From Candidatus Omnitrophota bacterium (GTDB taxonomy: Bacteria > Omnitrophota > Gorgyraeia > 2-01-FULL-45-10), in NCBI GenBank assembly GCA_028715345.1, contig JAQUSB010000001.1:40047-104046 (forward strand): a stretch of 64,000 nt of DNA, written 5' to 3'. Both the position numbers and the translations under genes were made by a program. Positions 1 to 9,208 of the stretch are shown piece by piece (position 1 is the stretch's first letter; each line of letters opens with the position of its first letter). The notes beneath the pieces are model-generated. The model was given only the letters and a program-made list of their open reading frames with translations, was not told the origin of the DNA and searched no databases.

Positions 1-584
1 AATACCGCCGCCGGTATCCTGAAGAGCGATTGTTCTTTTACGTAAAACCTGTCCGATTGGTCCGGCCTTATCCTCTCATCGCCCGAGTGTATCCTTATAT
101 CCGTCACTCTCCATTTCCTGTATTCGGCGCCTTTGCCGGTAGCGATGGCGGAGACGCCTATGTCCATTCCTTTTATCGTAGGCCTGTACAGGATAGCGGC
201 ATCACACGCGCATTTTTCGAGCTTAAATTTTTTGTATTCGAGCTCTTCCGGGGGCTGCGCTTGCGAAAATGCAAGGCCGGTCCAGAGAAAAACGAACGCA
301 AAAGTTAATGTGCAAAGTTTACGCATGTAACCGCATAATGAATTCGGCATACCTTTTTTTAACACCTCACCTATAGGGACGCATGTAAAATCACGGCCGG
401 AGACCGTCTTCTGCGCGCCCAGCCTCCGGTCATATACTTTACAAGTATATCTTCCGTCCGCCGCTTTGGCAAGATTTGCGCACGGATCCCCGTCGCTGCC
501 GCAGCATTTGCCGCACCTGAGACATAGAGATTCGAAATCCCGCTGCCAGTCGTCCTGTTTTTTCTTGTATATCGCGTCGTCCAT
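1..584 (-). CDS. YkgJ/UPF0153-type cysteine-cluster (CxxCxxCC) protein, partial (3' end lies beyond window start)
   Basis: Minus-strand ORF from ATG at 584 stays open to position 1. Translation MDDAIYKKKQDDWQRDFESLCLRCGKCCGSDGDP... contains the C-x2-C-x2-CC motif. It is absent from the ORF track because it runs off the window edge. Confidence 0.5.
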   Translation of the reverse strand, partial: MDDAIYKKKQDDWQRDFESLCLRCGKCCGSDGDPCANLAKAADGRYTCKVYDRRLGAQKTVSGRDFTCVPIGEVLKKGMPNSLCGYMRKLCTLTFAFVFLWTGLAFSQAQPPEELEYKKFKLEKCACDAAILYRPTIKGMDIGVSAIATGKGAEYRKWRVTDIRIHSGDERIRPDQSDRFYVKEQSLFRIPAAV

Positions 585-599
585 CTTGTTTCGTAAATT

Positions 600-675
600 T
601 GGCGTCCCCGGGCAGATTCGAACTGCCTCGGCTGGCTTCGGAGGCCAGTACTCTATCCAATTGAGCTACGGGGAC
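600..675 (-). tRNA. tRNA-Arg (anticodon CCG)
   Basis: Reverse complement GTCCCCGTAGCTCAATTGGATAGAGTACTGGCCTCCGAAGCCAGCCGAGGCAGTTCGAATCTGCCCGGGGACGCCA gives a 76-nt cloverleaf with 7-bp acceptor stem, anticodon loop CTCCGAA, T-loop TTCGAAT and encoded CCA. Confidence 0.85.
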
Positions 676-722
676 ACTGGGTGTTTATTGTGCCGTAGGG
701 CAGGTTTAAACCTGCCCTACGA

Positions 723-1115
723 TCATTTATTTTTGTAGATCGCTAATAGACTCTTCGTTTCGCTATTGCCGGGGTCTATCTTTAAACATTTTTCCAAAGA
801 CCTGACCGCGTCGTCCATCTTTCCGAGCCCGGCGTAACAGACGGCAATATTAAAATAATAACTGCCCATACGCGAAGCGGCAAGCCCTATATGGCCGGCT
901 TTTTCATAATGGGCCAGTGCGTCCTCATATCTCTTCTCGGATAGATACGCGTTAGCCAGGTCGAAGTGCGCGTTGCCATTGCCTGGCTGCATCTTCACGA
1001 CCTTCTCGTAAAATCTTTTCGTATCTTCGGCCGTTTCGGCGGAACAGGCGGCGCGCGTGATACTAAGTATAATAGCGCTCAAAATAATAACCGGGACGAT
1101 GTTTACGCGGCGCAT
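723..1115 (-). CDS. secreted TPR-repeat protein
   Basis: 130 aa with N-terminal signal peptide and TPR-like repeats (AYLSEKRYEDALAHYEKA, AVCYAGLGKMDDAVRSLEKCLKIDP). Start/stop overlaps the helicase gene. Confidence 0.55.
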   Translation of the reverse strand: MRRVNIVPVIILSAIILSITRAACSAETAEDTKRFYEKVVKMQPGNGNAHFDLANAYLSEKRYEDALAHYEKAGHIGLAASRMGSYYFNIAVCYAGLGKMDDAVRSLEKCLKIDPGNSETKSLLAIYKNK

Positions 1116-3182
1116 TTACGGCAGATCTCCCGGGTCCCATCGCCGCGCGATCTTTCCGCGGCCGACCAGCTCGTCCAATAGCGACTCTTTATCGTAAAAC
1201 GGGACTATACCGTCCGCGTCATCCAGGTCGATGTCATCGCCTATGTCCCTTTCCAGCGCGAATTTCTGGTCGAGGAGCGCCAGGACGTTCGGCATCTCGA
1301 CGAACCGTGACACTTTATTGAATTGCGTTATGCCCCCGCGCATCGCCTCGTGGCTTAACGACATGAATAGCCTGTTCTTCGCCCTCGTTATCCCGACGTA
1401 AAATAAGCGGCTCTCCTCCTCGATCTCGTCATCGTCATCGAGTGAAAAGCTGGACGGCAGGACGCCTTCGACAAGCCCTATCATGAAGACCGTGTCCCAC
1501 TCGAGCCCTTTGGCCGAATGTATCGTCGACAGAGTGATCGGCGCATCTTCCCCGCCCGCCTTAGGCTCGACTTTCAGCACGCCTCTCTCCGGCGGCTCGA
1601 TCGCGAAGTCGGCCAGCAGTTCCTCGAGCCCATCGTATCGCGCGGCTATCTGCCTCAACGCCTCGAGATCGTTCAGCCTCACGTTCCAGTCGTCGAACCG
1701 CAGTTTGAATAACGGCACGTAATAGTCTAAGGCCAGCTCGTATACGCGGCCAGGATCGAGTTCGTCGCGCCCCTGCGCTGCCCGGAGGAATTTCTTCAGC
1801 CTCACGAGCCCGGTCATCGACCTCTTCGGGAATTTTCTCTCGTCCAGCGCTTTACGCAGGATGTCCTCGAGCGATGTCCTCGACATTATCTCGAGTATGC
1901 ATTTATCGGCAGTCTTAGGCCCGACCCCGTCTATCATAGTCAGCACCCGGTGCCAGGCGATCTCGTCTTTTATGTTCATCGCTATCTTCAGGTGAGCGAG
2001 GATATCTTTTACGTGCGCTGTTTCATAAAATTTCAGTCCGCCGAAGACCTGGTAAGGTATGCCGTTCTTGCTAAGCTCCGCTTGGAGCGATATCGATACG
2101 TACGCCGAACGGAACAGGACCGCCTGGTCTTCTAAGCCTACCCCTTCCGACTGCAGCTTCCTTATCGTATCGACTATCCACTCCGCTTCGTCGTAATGGT
2201 TCTTGAAGAAATTGAGTTTCGGCTTGTCGCCGGTCTCTTCCCTCGTAGAGATGAGGCATTTGGAATATTTGTTTTCCATATTCTCGAGCACCGAATTGGC
2301 CACGTCGAGTATATTCTGCGCGGAGCGGTAATTCTCCTCGAGTTTTATTATCTTGCATTCCTCGAACTTCTTCGGGAATTCCATTATATTTTTGTGGGAT
2401 GCTCCCCTGAACCCGTATATGCTCTGCGCGTCGTCGCCCACCACCATTATATTCTTATGTTCCGAAGCCAACAGATACGCGATGTCGCCCTGCAGCGCGT
2501 TCGTATCCTGGTATTCGTCGACCATCACATATTTGTAACGGCCCGCCACTATTTTACGCATCTCATCTATTTCGAGGAGCAATTTCAGGTATACCAGGAG
2601 GTCGTCGTAATCTATATAGCCTTTCTCCAGCTTGTATGAAGCGTATTCTTTTCTTAACTTCTCTATCATGGATGTAAATTCGAGGAAGTGCGGGTATTCT
2701 TTTTCCAATATCTCGGCTATCGGCTTACCCTTATTAAGGGACATGCTCAATATCGCCCTGAGCGTGTCTTTCTTCGGGAACTTCAACTCTTTTTCGAATA
2801 GGCCGAGCTTTACGGCGCAACGGTGGACCGCTTCCGAAGAGTCGCCTTCGTCCAGTATCGAGAATTGGTTCGACAGCCCCAGCGCTTTGGAATACCGCTT
2901 CAGGGTCTTGAAGGCGAACGAATGGAACGTACCGCCGTCTATATGCTTACACCTGGGATCGTGGTTGGATGCGCGGGAGACCATCTCGTGCGCGGCTTTC
3001 CTGGTGAATGTCAAGAGCAGGATCGATTCCGGGCGCACGCCTTTGGTGATGAGGTTAAGTACGCGGTACTCTATGGCGCGGGTCTTGCCGCTTCCGGCCC
3101 CTGCTATCACAAGGACAGGCCCGTCTGTAGCCGATACCGCCAGGAGCTGGGAGGGGTTAAGCTTATCTTTTAGATCGAGCAT
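1116..3182 (-). CDS. uvrD: UvrD/PcrA/Rep-family ATP-dependent DNA helicase
   Basis: 688 aa with Walker A GAGSGKT, motif II VDEYQDTN, and VGDDAQSIYGFRGA, LEENYRS, TIHSAKGLEW motifs. Confidence 0.85.
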   Translation of the reverse strand: MLDLKDKLNPSQLLAVSATDGPVLVIAGAGSGKTRAIEYRVLNLITKGVRPESILLLTFTRKAAHEMVSRASNHDPRCKHIDGGTFHSFAFKTLKRYSKALGLSNQFSILDEGDSSEAVHRCAVKLGLFEKELKFPKKDTLRAILSMSLNKGKPIAEILEKEYPHFLEFTSMIEKLRKEYASYKLEKGYIDYDDLLVYLKLLLEIDEMRKIVAGRYKYVMVDEYQDTNALQGDIAYLLASEHKNIMVVGDDAQSIYGFRGASHKNIMEFPKKFEECKIIKLEENYRSAQNILDVANSVLENMENKYSKCLISTREETGDKPKLNFFKNHYDEAEWIVDTIRKLQSEGVGLEDQAVLFRSAYVSISLQAELSKNGIPYQVFGGLKFYETAHVKDILAHLKIAMNIKDEIAWHRVLTMIDGVGPKTADKCILEIMSRTSLEDILRKALDERKFPKRSMTGLVRLKKFLRAAQGRDELDPGRVYELALDYYVPLFKLRFDDWNVRLNDLEALRQIAARYDGLEELLADFAIEPPERGVLKVEPKAGGEDAPITLSTIHSAKGLEWDTVFMIGLVEGVLPSSFSLDDDDEIEEESRLFYVGITRAKNRLFMSLSHEAMRGGITQFNKVSRFVEMPNVLALLDQKFALERDIGDDIDLDDADGIVPFYDKESLLDELVGRGKIARRWDPGDLP

Positions 3183-3223
3183 CTTTAATTATCTACGGTT
3201 GGAGAGTATATATGATCCGGGAG

Positions 3224-3661
3224 CTACGGCCTTTTCGGCTGCCTGATCGCCAGCTCTTCGCCGGGCGGTATATTCCCGTCCTTTTCTATGTAGTTGAAGA
3301 GATTATCGGCGGCGAATTCCGAAAGCTGATAATTGAGCGACGTCACTTTTACTTCCGTCTTACCGGGAGCTTTTCCGGTAAAGAATATGCCGAGCTCGGT
3401 GGTATTAACGCAGTTCATGAAGACATAATCGAGCTCCATCGCTACTATATAATCGTATTTGCGCGTCTGGAATACTACCGCGTGCCATTTGGCCAGCGCG
3501 GCCTTCGTCAATTCATAGCAGTGTTCCGGATCCTTGTCGAACACCTTCACATGCGCAGGTTCTATCTTCTGCAGGCCGTGAATATCCGCGAGGAATACCG
3601 CGCATCCGCTGAATGAAACGGCAAGGCAAATTATCGCTATGATCTTGGTTAATCTATCCAT
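3224..3661 (-). CDS. hypothetical lipoprotein
   Basis: 145 aa with lipobox (LAVSFSGC) after a signal peptide. No recognisable domain. Confidence 0.45.
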   Translation of the reverse strand: MDRLTKIIAIICLAVSFSGCAVFLADIHGLQKIEPAHVKVFDKDPEHCYELTKAALAKWHAVVFQTRKYDYIVAMELDYVFMNCVNTTELGIFFTGKAPGKTEVKVTSLNYQLSEFAADNLFNYIEKDGNIPPGEELAIRQPKRP

Positions 3662-3691
3662 CGGGATTTATTATATCATTAATGGTCAAAA

Positions 3692-5350
3692 TTACAATAC
3701 AGAAACTTCTTCCGTGATATCGAAATTTTTGCAGAAATCCGGATCTCCGGACAGCCTGGGGAGTTTATATTGGCTGTCGTGAGCGCCCTTGGACACCTTC
3801 ATCCTGCGGTACCGCTCGAATGCGCCTTTTTTGGCGACTAAGAGCACGGGATGGCCCAGCAGAAATTGCTTCCGCGTGTCGTCGTATTCGCTGTTCTGTT
3901 TACGCAGACCTTCTTCTATAGAAACAAGAAATCTTCTTTTGGCTTCCGGCGCCGGAACGGAACTGAACTCCACTATAAAAGCATACTGAGGCGGGACGGT
4001 CTTCCTGAGGCATGCGCTGAATGAAGTGATCGACAGTTTGTTTTTGCCCAAAGCGCCTGTAACCGCGTCGTTTATATGAGACTCGTATATCTTCTCTCCC
4101 GTCAATGAAACGGCATTGTGGGCCTTCTGGACAAATTCTATTACCGGCGTCTTGTTAAAAAATCCGGTCACTCTTACAACGTCGTCGATGTCGTAACGGT
4201 AAAGGCCCCCGGCGGTCGTAACTATGATGACATATTCTTTGCCCTTTTTGAGCTCGTCGCAAAGAAGGGTGCGCGCCTTGGTGCTCTCGGCCTCTTCCCG
4301 CGGCACAAATTCATAGAAGTTCGTATTTACCGCCAGCACACTGCCTGCGCCCTCCCCGTTCATCGGTATGGAGCTTCGGGCCTCGGTAGAAAGACAGCCG
4401 AAATCCCAGATGTCGACGCGGCCGAAATACCGGGGCAATTCGCGTAAATACGCCTTGACCGTCCCGCCCTTCCAGCATTCGATGAGGTCGAGGTGCGGCC
4501 AGAAATATTTCGGCAGAAGCTTCCCGTTCTCGTCCAGGATACGCTTAAGCTCCCCGGCCTTCTTAGGGTTAGGCTTTAATTTCTTCTCCATGGCGCGGCG
4601 GATATCGGGAGGTATATTAAGGTTTTTATCGAGCGTGCCTGCGGCTATATCTTTTATTATCTTCTCCTGATCCTGCGGTATCCTGTCGCACAAAAGTACG
4701 AGCGTACTGGGATTGAGCGTGGCTATAGTCGATATATCATGTTCTATCGCTATTCTTAGGATGGAATAATATCTGGCGTCATAATCGCTTATATAAAATA
4801 ACTCATACGGCAGGACGTATTTACTCTTTATGGCGCCGGGAAGATTATTGTAAGCATGGCCGTCTTCCGGACCGTATGGTATGCCTGATTCGGTATGGCT
4901 TTTTACTTCGGGGCTTATTATTGCCAGGACTTTATTATCCAGGACCTTCGGATGTTTTTTGCTCACATAATACGCCCACAGGCTCATTAGCGCAGTTTTT
5001 TTATTCTGGGAGTATTTGGTGACCGGTATAAGCTTCGGGGTGCCCGTCGTCCCGCTCGTTATGCCGAAAAATATTACCTCGTCCGAAGTGAGGACTTTTT
5101 TCTCTCCTTTTGCTATTCTGTCTACATACGGCCGGATGTTTTCGTAATTTACCATCGGCAGGCGGGAGCGGAATTCTTCTATGGACCTTATCGAGGATAT
5201 GTCATACTTACGGCCGTATTCGGTATCAGCGTTACGCTTCAGATATTTAAGCAGAACGCGCTCCTGCGCGCGGATAGGGTCTTTGGTCGCATTCTCGAAT
5301 GCCATCGCGTTCACAGAAAGCAATTCCAAAGCCATTGAGGCAAAACTCAT
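3692..5350 (-). CDS. GH3-family (auxin-responsive GH3-like) acyl-adenylate forming amido synthetase
   Basis: 552 aa with FFGITSGTTGTPKLIPVT adenylation motif typical of the GH3 family. Confidence 0.7.
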   Translation of the reverse strand: MSFASMALELLSVNAMAFENATKDPIRAQERVLLKYLKRNADTEYGRKYDISSIRSIEEFRSRLPMVNYENIRPYVDRIAKGEKKVLTSDEVIFFGITSGTTGTPKLIPVTKYSQNKKTALMSLWAYYVSKKHPKVLDNKVLAIISPEVKSHTESGIPYGPEDGHAYNNLPGAIKSKYVLPYELFYISDYDARYYSILRIAIEHDISTIATLNPSTLVLLCDRIPQDQEKIIKDIAAGTLDKNLNIPPDIRRAMEKKLKPNPKKAGELKRILDENGKLLPKYFWPHLDLIECWKGGTVKAYLRELPRYFGRVDIWDFGCLSTEARSSIPMNGEGAGSVLAVNTNFYEFVPREEAESTKARTLLCDELKKGKEYVIIVTTAGGLYRYDIDDVVRVTGFFNKTPVIEFVQKAHNAVSLTGEKIYESHINDAVTGALGKNKLSITSFSACLRKTVPPQYAFIVEFSSVPAPEAKRRFLVSIEEGLRKQNSEYDDTRKQFLLGHPVLLVAKKGAFERYRRMKVSKGAHDSQYKLPRLSGDPDFCKNFDITEEVSVL

Positions 5351-5393
5351 ACTCTCTCACTTTTTTTCGTCGGAATAAACCGGAATGCACTCG

Positions 5394-5921
5394 TTACGAG
5401 CTTCGGTCTGCAATGGTAGGATCGCAAACTTTGTTCGGTTTTATCCTGCGGTCACTCAATATCTCGTTTATTCCCGGTAATATTTGCACCGTTATGCCAA
5501 GCCGATTAAAAACCAATTCCGATACAGGTTTTATCTTCGGCTGGAAGATCGTTTCCCTTGTAAGAAATACCCTCGCCACAAAATCCCTGCCGTCTATAGA
5601 AAAAGGATAGTATCGCGTCCATCCCTTTCTTCCGAAATCGAGATTTTCGAGGTCAAATTTAACCGGCGAATCCGCGCAAACGTCATTATATCTTTTTATT
5701 ATTTCGTCTTTCGCCAGTCCTTCCAACGCATCGGCCTTATAAAGCTCAAGCGCCCTAAAAAAAATACCGCAGGTGTTTTTAAGCGGCGTGTTAGCCCCTG
5801 CGGTGCCGATCCCTGTAGGCGGATTCAGTAAATAGACTTCAGCCGGCGCGAAACCGGATAAGAAAAAAGCCTGAACCAGAAAGAAAGTAACTGTCAATAC
5901 AGCCGTTCTTTTCTTGTTCAC
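5394..5921 (-). CDS. hypothetical secreted protein
   Basis: 175 aa with N-terminal signal peptide. No recognisable motifs. Confidence 0.4.
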   Translation of the reverse strand: MNKKRTAVLTVTFFLVQAFFLSGFAPAEVYLLNPPTGIGTAGANTPLKNTCGIFFRALELYKADALEGLAKDEIIKRYNDVCADSPVKFDLENLDFGRKGWTRYYPFSIDGRDFVARVFLTRETIFQPKIKPVSELVFNRLGITVQILPGINEILSDRRIKPNKVCDPTIADRSS

Positions 5922-6018
5922 ACCAAAAGTCTATCACAAAATCTGACTTTTGCAAGTTTATTAAGCCACGGGGTTAGCTAAGTGCCGAAATCTCTGATTT
6001 CGGCCAAGTTTATTCAGC

Positions 6019-6798
6019 TTAAAAACGCACCAGAGGCCTGAACGCAGCCGAAGATATGCTCATACCGCCCGTGAACGGAAAATCAAGCAGCAGTATCGTA
6101 AAGAGTATCATCGCTATTACCATGGCAAGCATCGATGCCATGAGGATCTGGGCCCTGGGATTTTCCGATCCGAAGAAGAGTGTGAACATTATAGTTACAA
6201 CGCCGCCGGTAACCAGGATAACCCAGAGTATGGAATGTATGCCGGTCCGTGAGTCCATTATACGCAGCCGCCTGAACTCCCCCGCCTCATTAAGCTTGCC
6301 GACGGATTCGGCCAGGAATATCTTTTCGCTTTCCGTTTTCGGTTCAAATGAACTATACGCCGCCCAGATATTGTTCAATATTTCGTGCGCAGCCGGGCTT
6401 TGCTCTCCCCTGGCCAGCATCTTCCATTCATCCTTAATTATAGCTATTACATAATCTTTTATAAGGGAACGCACTTCGTCCCTGAAAGTTTCAGGGAACG
6501 CCCCGGAATCACGATACAGATCCACTACGCAATTCGCTTCCTTTTCTACGTTAACGCTGCATTTATCGAAATTCTGCCACGCTATAACGACCACGAACGC
6601 CAGGAGCACCGTATAAGCTACGCCCAGGGTATTGAATATGGCGCCGGCGACGTCGTTATGGATCTTGAGACGGTGGTGCGGAACGGACAGGCGCACAAGA
6701 AGCAGGCCGATTATGGATATAGTCACAAATACCGAAACTATCATTAGGCCGAGGATCAACGGCGGCACATAATAAAGTAACGCTTGCGTAAAAGGCAT
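6019..6798 (-). CDS. integral membrane protein, DUF4239-like (uncertain)
   Basis: 259 aa with two TM helices at the N-terminus, a soluble middle and two TM helices at the C-terminus. Resembles the DUF4239 layout. Confidence 0.4.
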   Translation of the reverse strand: MPFTQALLYYVPPLILGLMIVSVFVTISIIGLLLVRLSVPHHRLKIHNDVAGAIFNTLGVAYTVLLAFVVVIAWQNFDKCSVNVEKEANCVVDLYRDSGAFPETFRDEVRSLIKDYVIAIIKDEWKMLARGEQSPAAHEILNNIWAAYSSFEPKTESEKIFLAESVGKLNEAGEFRRLRIMDSRTGIHSILWVILVTGGVVTIMFTLFFGSENPRAQILMASMLAMVIAMILFTILLLDFPFTGGMSISSAAFRPLVRF

Positions 6799-6802
6799 AC
6801 TC

Positions 6803-8203
6803 CTATCCCTTTCTGTCCTTTTCCAGGACCTTAATGAACGCTCTGACTACTTCAGGATCGAACTGGCTGCCGCTATTTGCGCTCAGCTGCGCTATGGCTT
6901 CGGCCTTATCCATGGTTTTCTGGTAACCTCTGTCCGATATCATCGCGTCATATGAATCCGCTACGGACACGATAGCGGCAAGAAGGCTTATCTTGCCGCC
7001 AGACAAGCCATCCGGGTAACCTTTACCGTCATACCGCTCATGGTGTTCTTTTATCACAGAGAGAAGCTCCGGATCGAGGCAGACCGGTTTCAATATCTCA
7101 GCGCCTATCGCCGGATGCTTCCGTATGGCGTGCCAGTCCTCGTCGCTCAAGACTTTTTTGCTCAATATCATTTCGTGTATGCCCAGCTTACCTATGTCGT
7201 GCAGGAGCGCGGCCTCTCGTAACAGTTCTATCCTCTCTTTCGACACCCCCATGCTCTCGGCGATCTTCACGGCGTACCCGGCCACTCTGTCCGAATGCCC
7301 TTTTGTGGACGGGTCTCTCGCTTCAAGGATGCGGATGAGCGATTGGACGGCGCGGTAAAAGTAGTCGAGGAGCGCTTCCCGGGCCTTGAACAGGTTCGCG
7401 CCCATTTTGTTAAAAGAATCCGCAAGCTCCGCTATCTCGTCCGAACCTTTGGCCGGCACTTTATACTTAAGATCGCCGGAAGATATGTGACGTGTCCCTT
7501 CGACCAGTTTTTTTACCGGAGAAACGACCCGCCCGGCGATGATAAACCCGAATGTGGCCGACAGTAATATCCCCAGTATCAGGACAAAAAAGGCGCGGCG
7601 CTCGGTCTCCTTTTCGGCAGCGTAAACATCGTCGGCCGCCATATCTATGCCTAAAACCGCTATGACATTGCCGTCACCATCGCGTATCGGGGAATAGCCG
7701 GAAAGAAAAACGCCCCACTTATCCGATATCATCTTCCTGTCGGCCGCGGGGGCGTCGAATGCCTTCAGCAGTTCCGGATAAGGCCGCGCGTCATATTTCT
7801 CGCCGGGGACCGCGGGCTCGGCGCCCGCAGCATAAGAACCCGGGTGAATATCTATCACGAATTGTAATATGCCGGGCGTCTCCGTTTTTTTGAGTATGTA
7901 CATATAGGCGAGCGAGGGCATGACCGATCTCATTTTAAGCAGTTCGGTTTCTATGACCCTGTATTGCGGGCTTGCCTGAGCGCTTCTGTCCATAGGTATA
8001 TCTGCCAGGGGGCGGGGATCGATCGTCATCGCTACGGCCCGGGCGACCGTCATCAATTTATCCCTGAGCTGGTTAAATTGGGTTTTGAGGGAATACTCGT
8101 ATATAAGGAAGTTGCTCAATACTGCCGAGAAACAGACCAGCAGTATAAGAGCTGCCGTAACTTTCGCGCGGAAACTTCTGAAAAATATAAAACGTTTATT
8201 CAT
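6803..8203 (-). CDS. membrane-anchored sensor HD-GYP phosphodiesterase (periplasmic sensor + HAMP + HD-GYP)
   Basis: 466 aa with N-terminal TM helix, periplasmic domain, second TM, HAMP region and HD-GYP catalytic domain (HSDRVAGYA...LLHDIGK...HHERYDGKGYP). Confidence 0.8.
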   Translation of the reverse strand: MNKRFIFFRSFRAKVTAALILLVCFSAVLSNFLIYEYSLKTQFNQLRDKLMTVARAVAMTIDPRPLADIPMDRSAQASPQYRVIETELLKMRSVMPSLAYMYILKKTETPGILQFVIDIHPGSYAAGAEPAVPGEKYDARPYPELLKAFDAPAADRKMISDKWGVFLSGYSPIRDGDGNVIAVLGIDMAADDVYAAEKETERRAFFVLILGILLSATFGFIIAGRVVSPVKKLVEGTRHISSGDLKYKVPAKGSDEIAELADSFNKMGANLFKAREALLDYFYRAVQSLIRILEARDPSTKGHSDRVAGYAVKIAESMGVSKERIELLREAALLHDIGKLGIHEMILSKKVLSDEDWHAIRKHPAIGAEILKPVCLDPELLSVIKEHHERYDGKGYPDGLSGGKISLLAAIVSVADSYDAMISDRGYQKTMDKAEAIAQLSANSGSQFDPEVVRAFIKVLEKDRKG

Positions 8204-8672
8204 TCAGATCCAGTTTTTCCAGTATTTTTTTATTGAATTCCTGCGCGTCGGGCGCGCCTTCGGCGGGTGCCCACGGCGCGAAGTGTTTGTCGGCCTTTTC
8301 GTCATACGGCCCGTCTTTAACCTCATAAAGGACAGAGCCGGGTTTCAGCGTAATAAAGGTATGCCATTTGCCCGGCGGTATCTCGACGGCTCTTACGCCG
8401 TGCGCAGGATCGAGGACTGCATGGTCTATGACGTTCCCATTGTCGTCAAATTCCACGACCACGACGCTGCCGTTCAGGATAATGAAGACTTCGTTCTTGT
8501 CGGGATTTTCGTGTTTGTGAGGTTGTATATATGTCCCGGGCTCGGCGGCGTTCAGGAGGCGCTGTACCACGTCATCGTAATTTTTGTGGAAATTGTAGTT
8601 CGTCCTCTTCCTGGGCGAGGCCTTCGCTTTGTCCGAAACCGTTCTTATAAGCTCTTCGGTCAATTTTATCAT
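8196..8672 (-). CDS. cupin-fold protein (WbuC-like)
   Basis: ATG at 8672 (MIKLTEEL...) lies just downstream of the tRNA. The longer track ORF reads through the tRNA exon and is rejected. Cupin His motif PHKHENPDKNEVFIILNG. Confidence 0.5.
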   Translation of the reverse strand: MIKLTEELIRTVSDKAKASPRKRTNYNFHKNYDDVVQRLLNAAEPGTYIQPHKHENPDKNEVFIILNGSVVVVEFDDNGNVIDHAVLDPAHGVRAVEIPPGKWHTFITLKPGSVLYEVKDGPYDEKADKHFAPWAPAEGAPDAQEFNKKILEKLDLNE

Positions 8673-8726
8673 ACAGGTCAAATTTGGCGTCCCTGGCCTG
8701 ATTCGAACAGGCGACCCTCTGCTTAG

Positions 8727-9208
8727 CTTACCGCACTGGATTACTCCAGCCAATGTTACGTTGCGGTCTGGACTATGTCTTCGCCATTTCAGGCGTGCAG
8801 CGTATAGTCTCTGAGGACTCCCATCCAAGCTTCAGATAATCATCGGCCCATTTTACGTGAAGGTTTTGATTATTTATGGTTTTCTCAAAACGTATTGCCT
8901 TCAGCGATGCATATTTAACTTGCAATTTAAATACATCGCCTGTTTTTGAGATAGCCACTACATCATACGGCTGATGCTCGGATAACGGAATGCATGGGAC
9001 ATAGCCCTTAACGGCTAAATCACCTATAACCTTTGCTACTCCGATATCTGCTTTTTCCTTCGTATGATGCAACCTTCACCTCCTTTCATTGGACCGAATT
9101 ACCTGTAGCTTTTATGGTTGCCTGCAAATTGCCCTGTATATGACAGGGGTTCCTTGCATACAGCCGCATCCATTCTATGCGTTTTATTCCGCATAGAAGC
9201 TCCCATTG
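8727..9208 (-). ncRNA. group I self-splicing intron inserted after U34 of tRNA-Arg(UCU)
   Basis: Intron follows an exonic U and ends in G. A 4-bp P1 (CUU|C with GGAG) has U.G at the splice site. P2 hairpin UCUAUGCG/CGCAUAGA. P7/R-like CAGAGACUAUA and S-like AAGACAUAGUCC elements, plus a P8 hairpin CGCC-UGAAAU-GGCG. Confidence 0.7.
8773..9072 (-). CDS. intron-encoded protein, putative PD-(D/E)XK-type homing endonuclease
   Basis: 99 codons with TTG start preceded by an in-frame TGA and a strong SD (AAAGGAGGTGAAGG). It lies inside the intron and its 3' end overlaps P7/P8. Motifs E...PYDVVAIS...FKLQVKY fit a D...(E/Q)xK nuclease core. Confidence 0.5.
   Translation of the reverse strand: MHHTKEKADIGVAKVIGDLAVKGYVPCIPLSEHQPYDVVAISKTGDVFKLQVKYASLKAIRFEKTINNQNLHVKWADDYLKLGWESSETIRCTPEMAKT

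Noticed and set aside
30-738. Plus-strand ORFs 30..308, 133..330 and 466..738, and minus-strand ORF 439..660
   Set aside because: They are antisense to, or overlap, the YkgJ-type gene (1..584) and tRNA-Arg(CCG). They are low-complexity translations with no motifs.
8685-8730. Looked at first like an orphan 3' tRNA fragment or a tmRNA-like T-arm/acceptor. Its ...CAGGGACGCCA end is shared with the tRNA-Arg at 600-675.
   Set aside because: It is the 3' exon of the intron-split tRNA-Arg(UCU). The matching 5' exon with the complementary acceptor strand GTCCCTG lies at 9209-9243.
8196-8828. Long 210-aa ORF call for the cupin gene
   Set aside because: The N-terminal 52 codons read antisense through the tRNA exon and intron P9 region. 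The real start is the ATG at 8672, immediately downstream of the tRNA.
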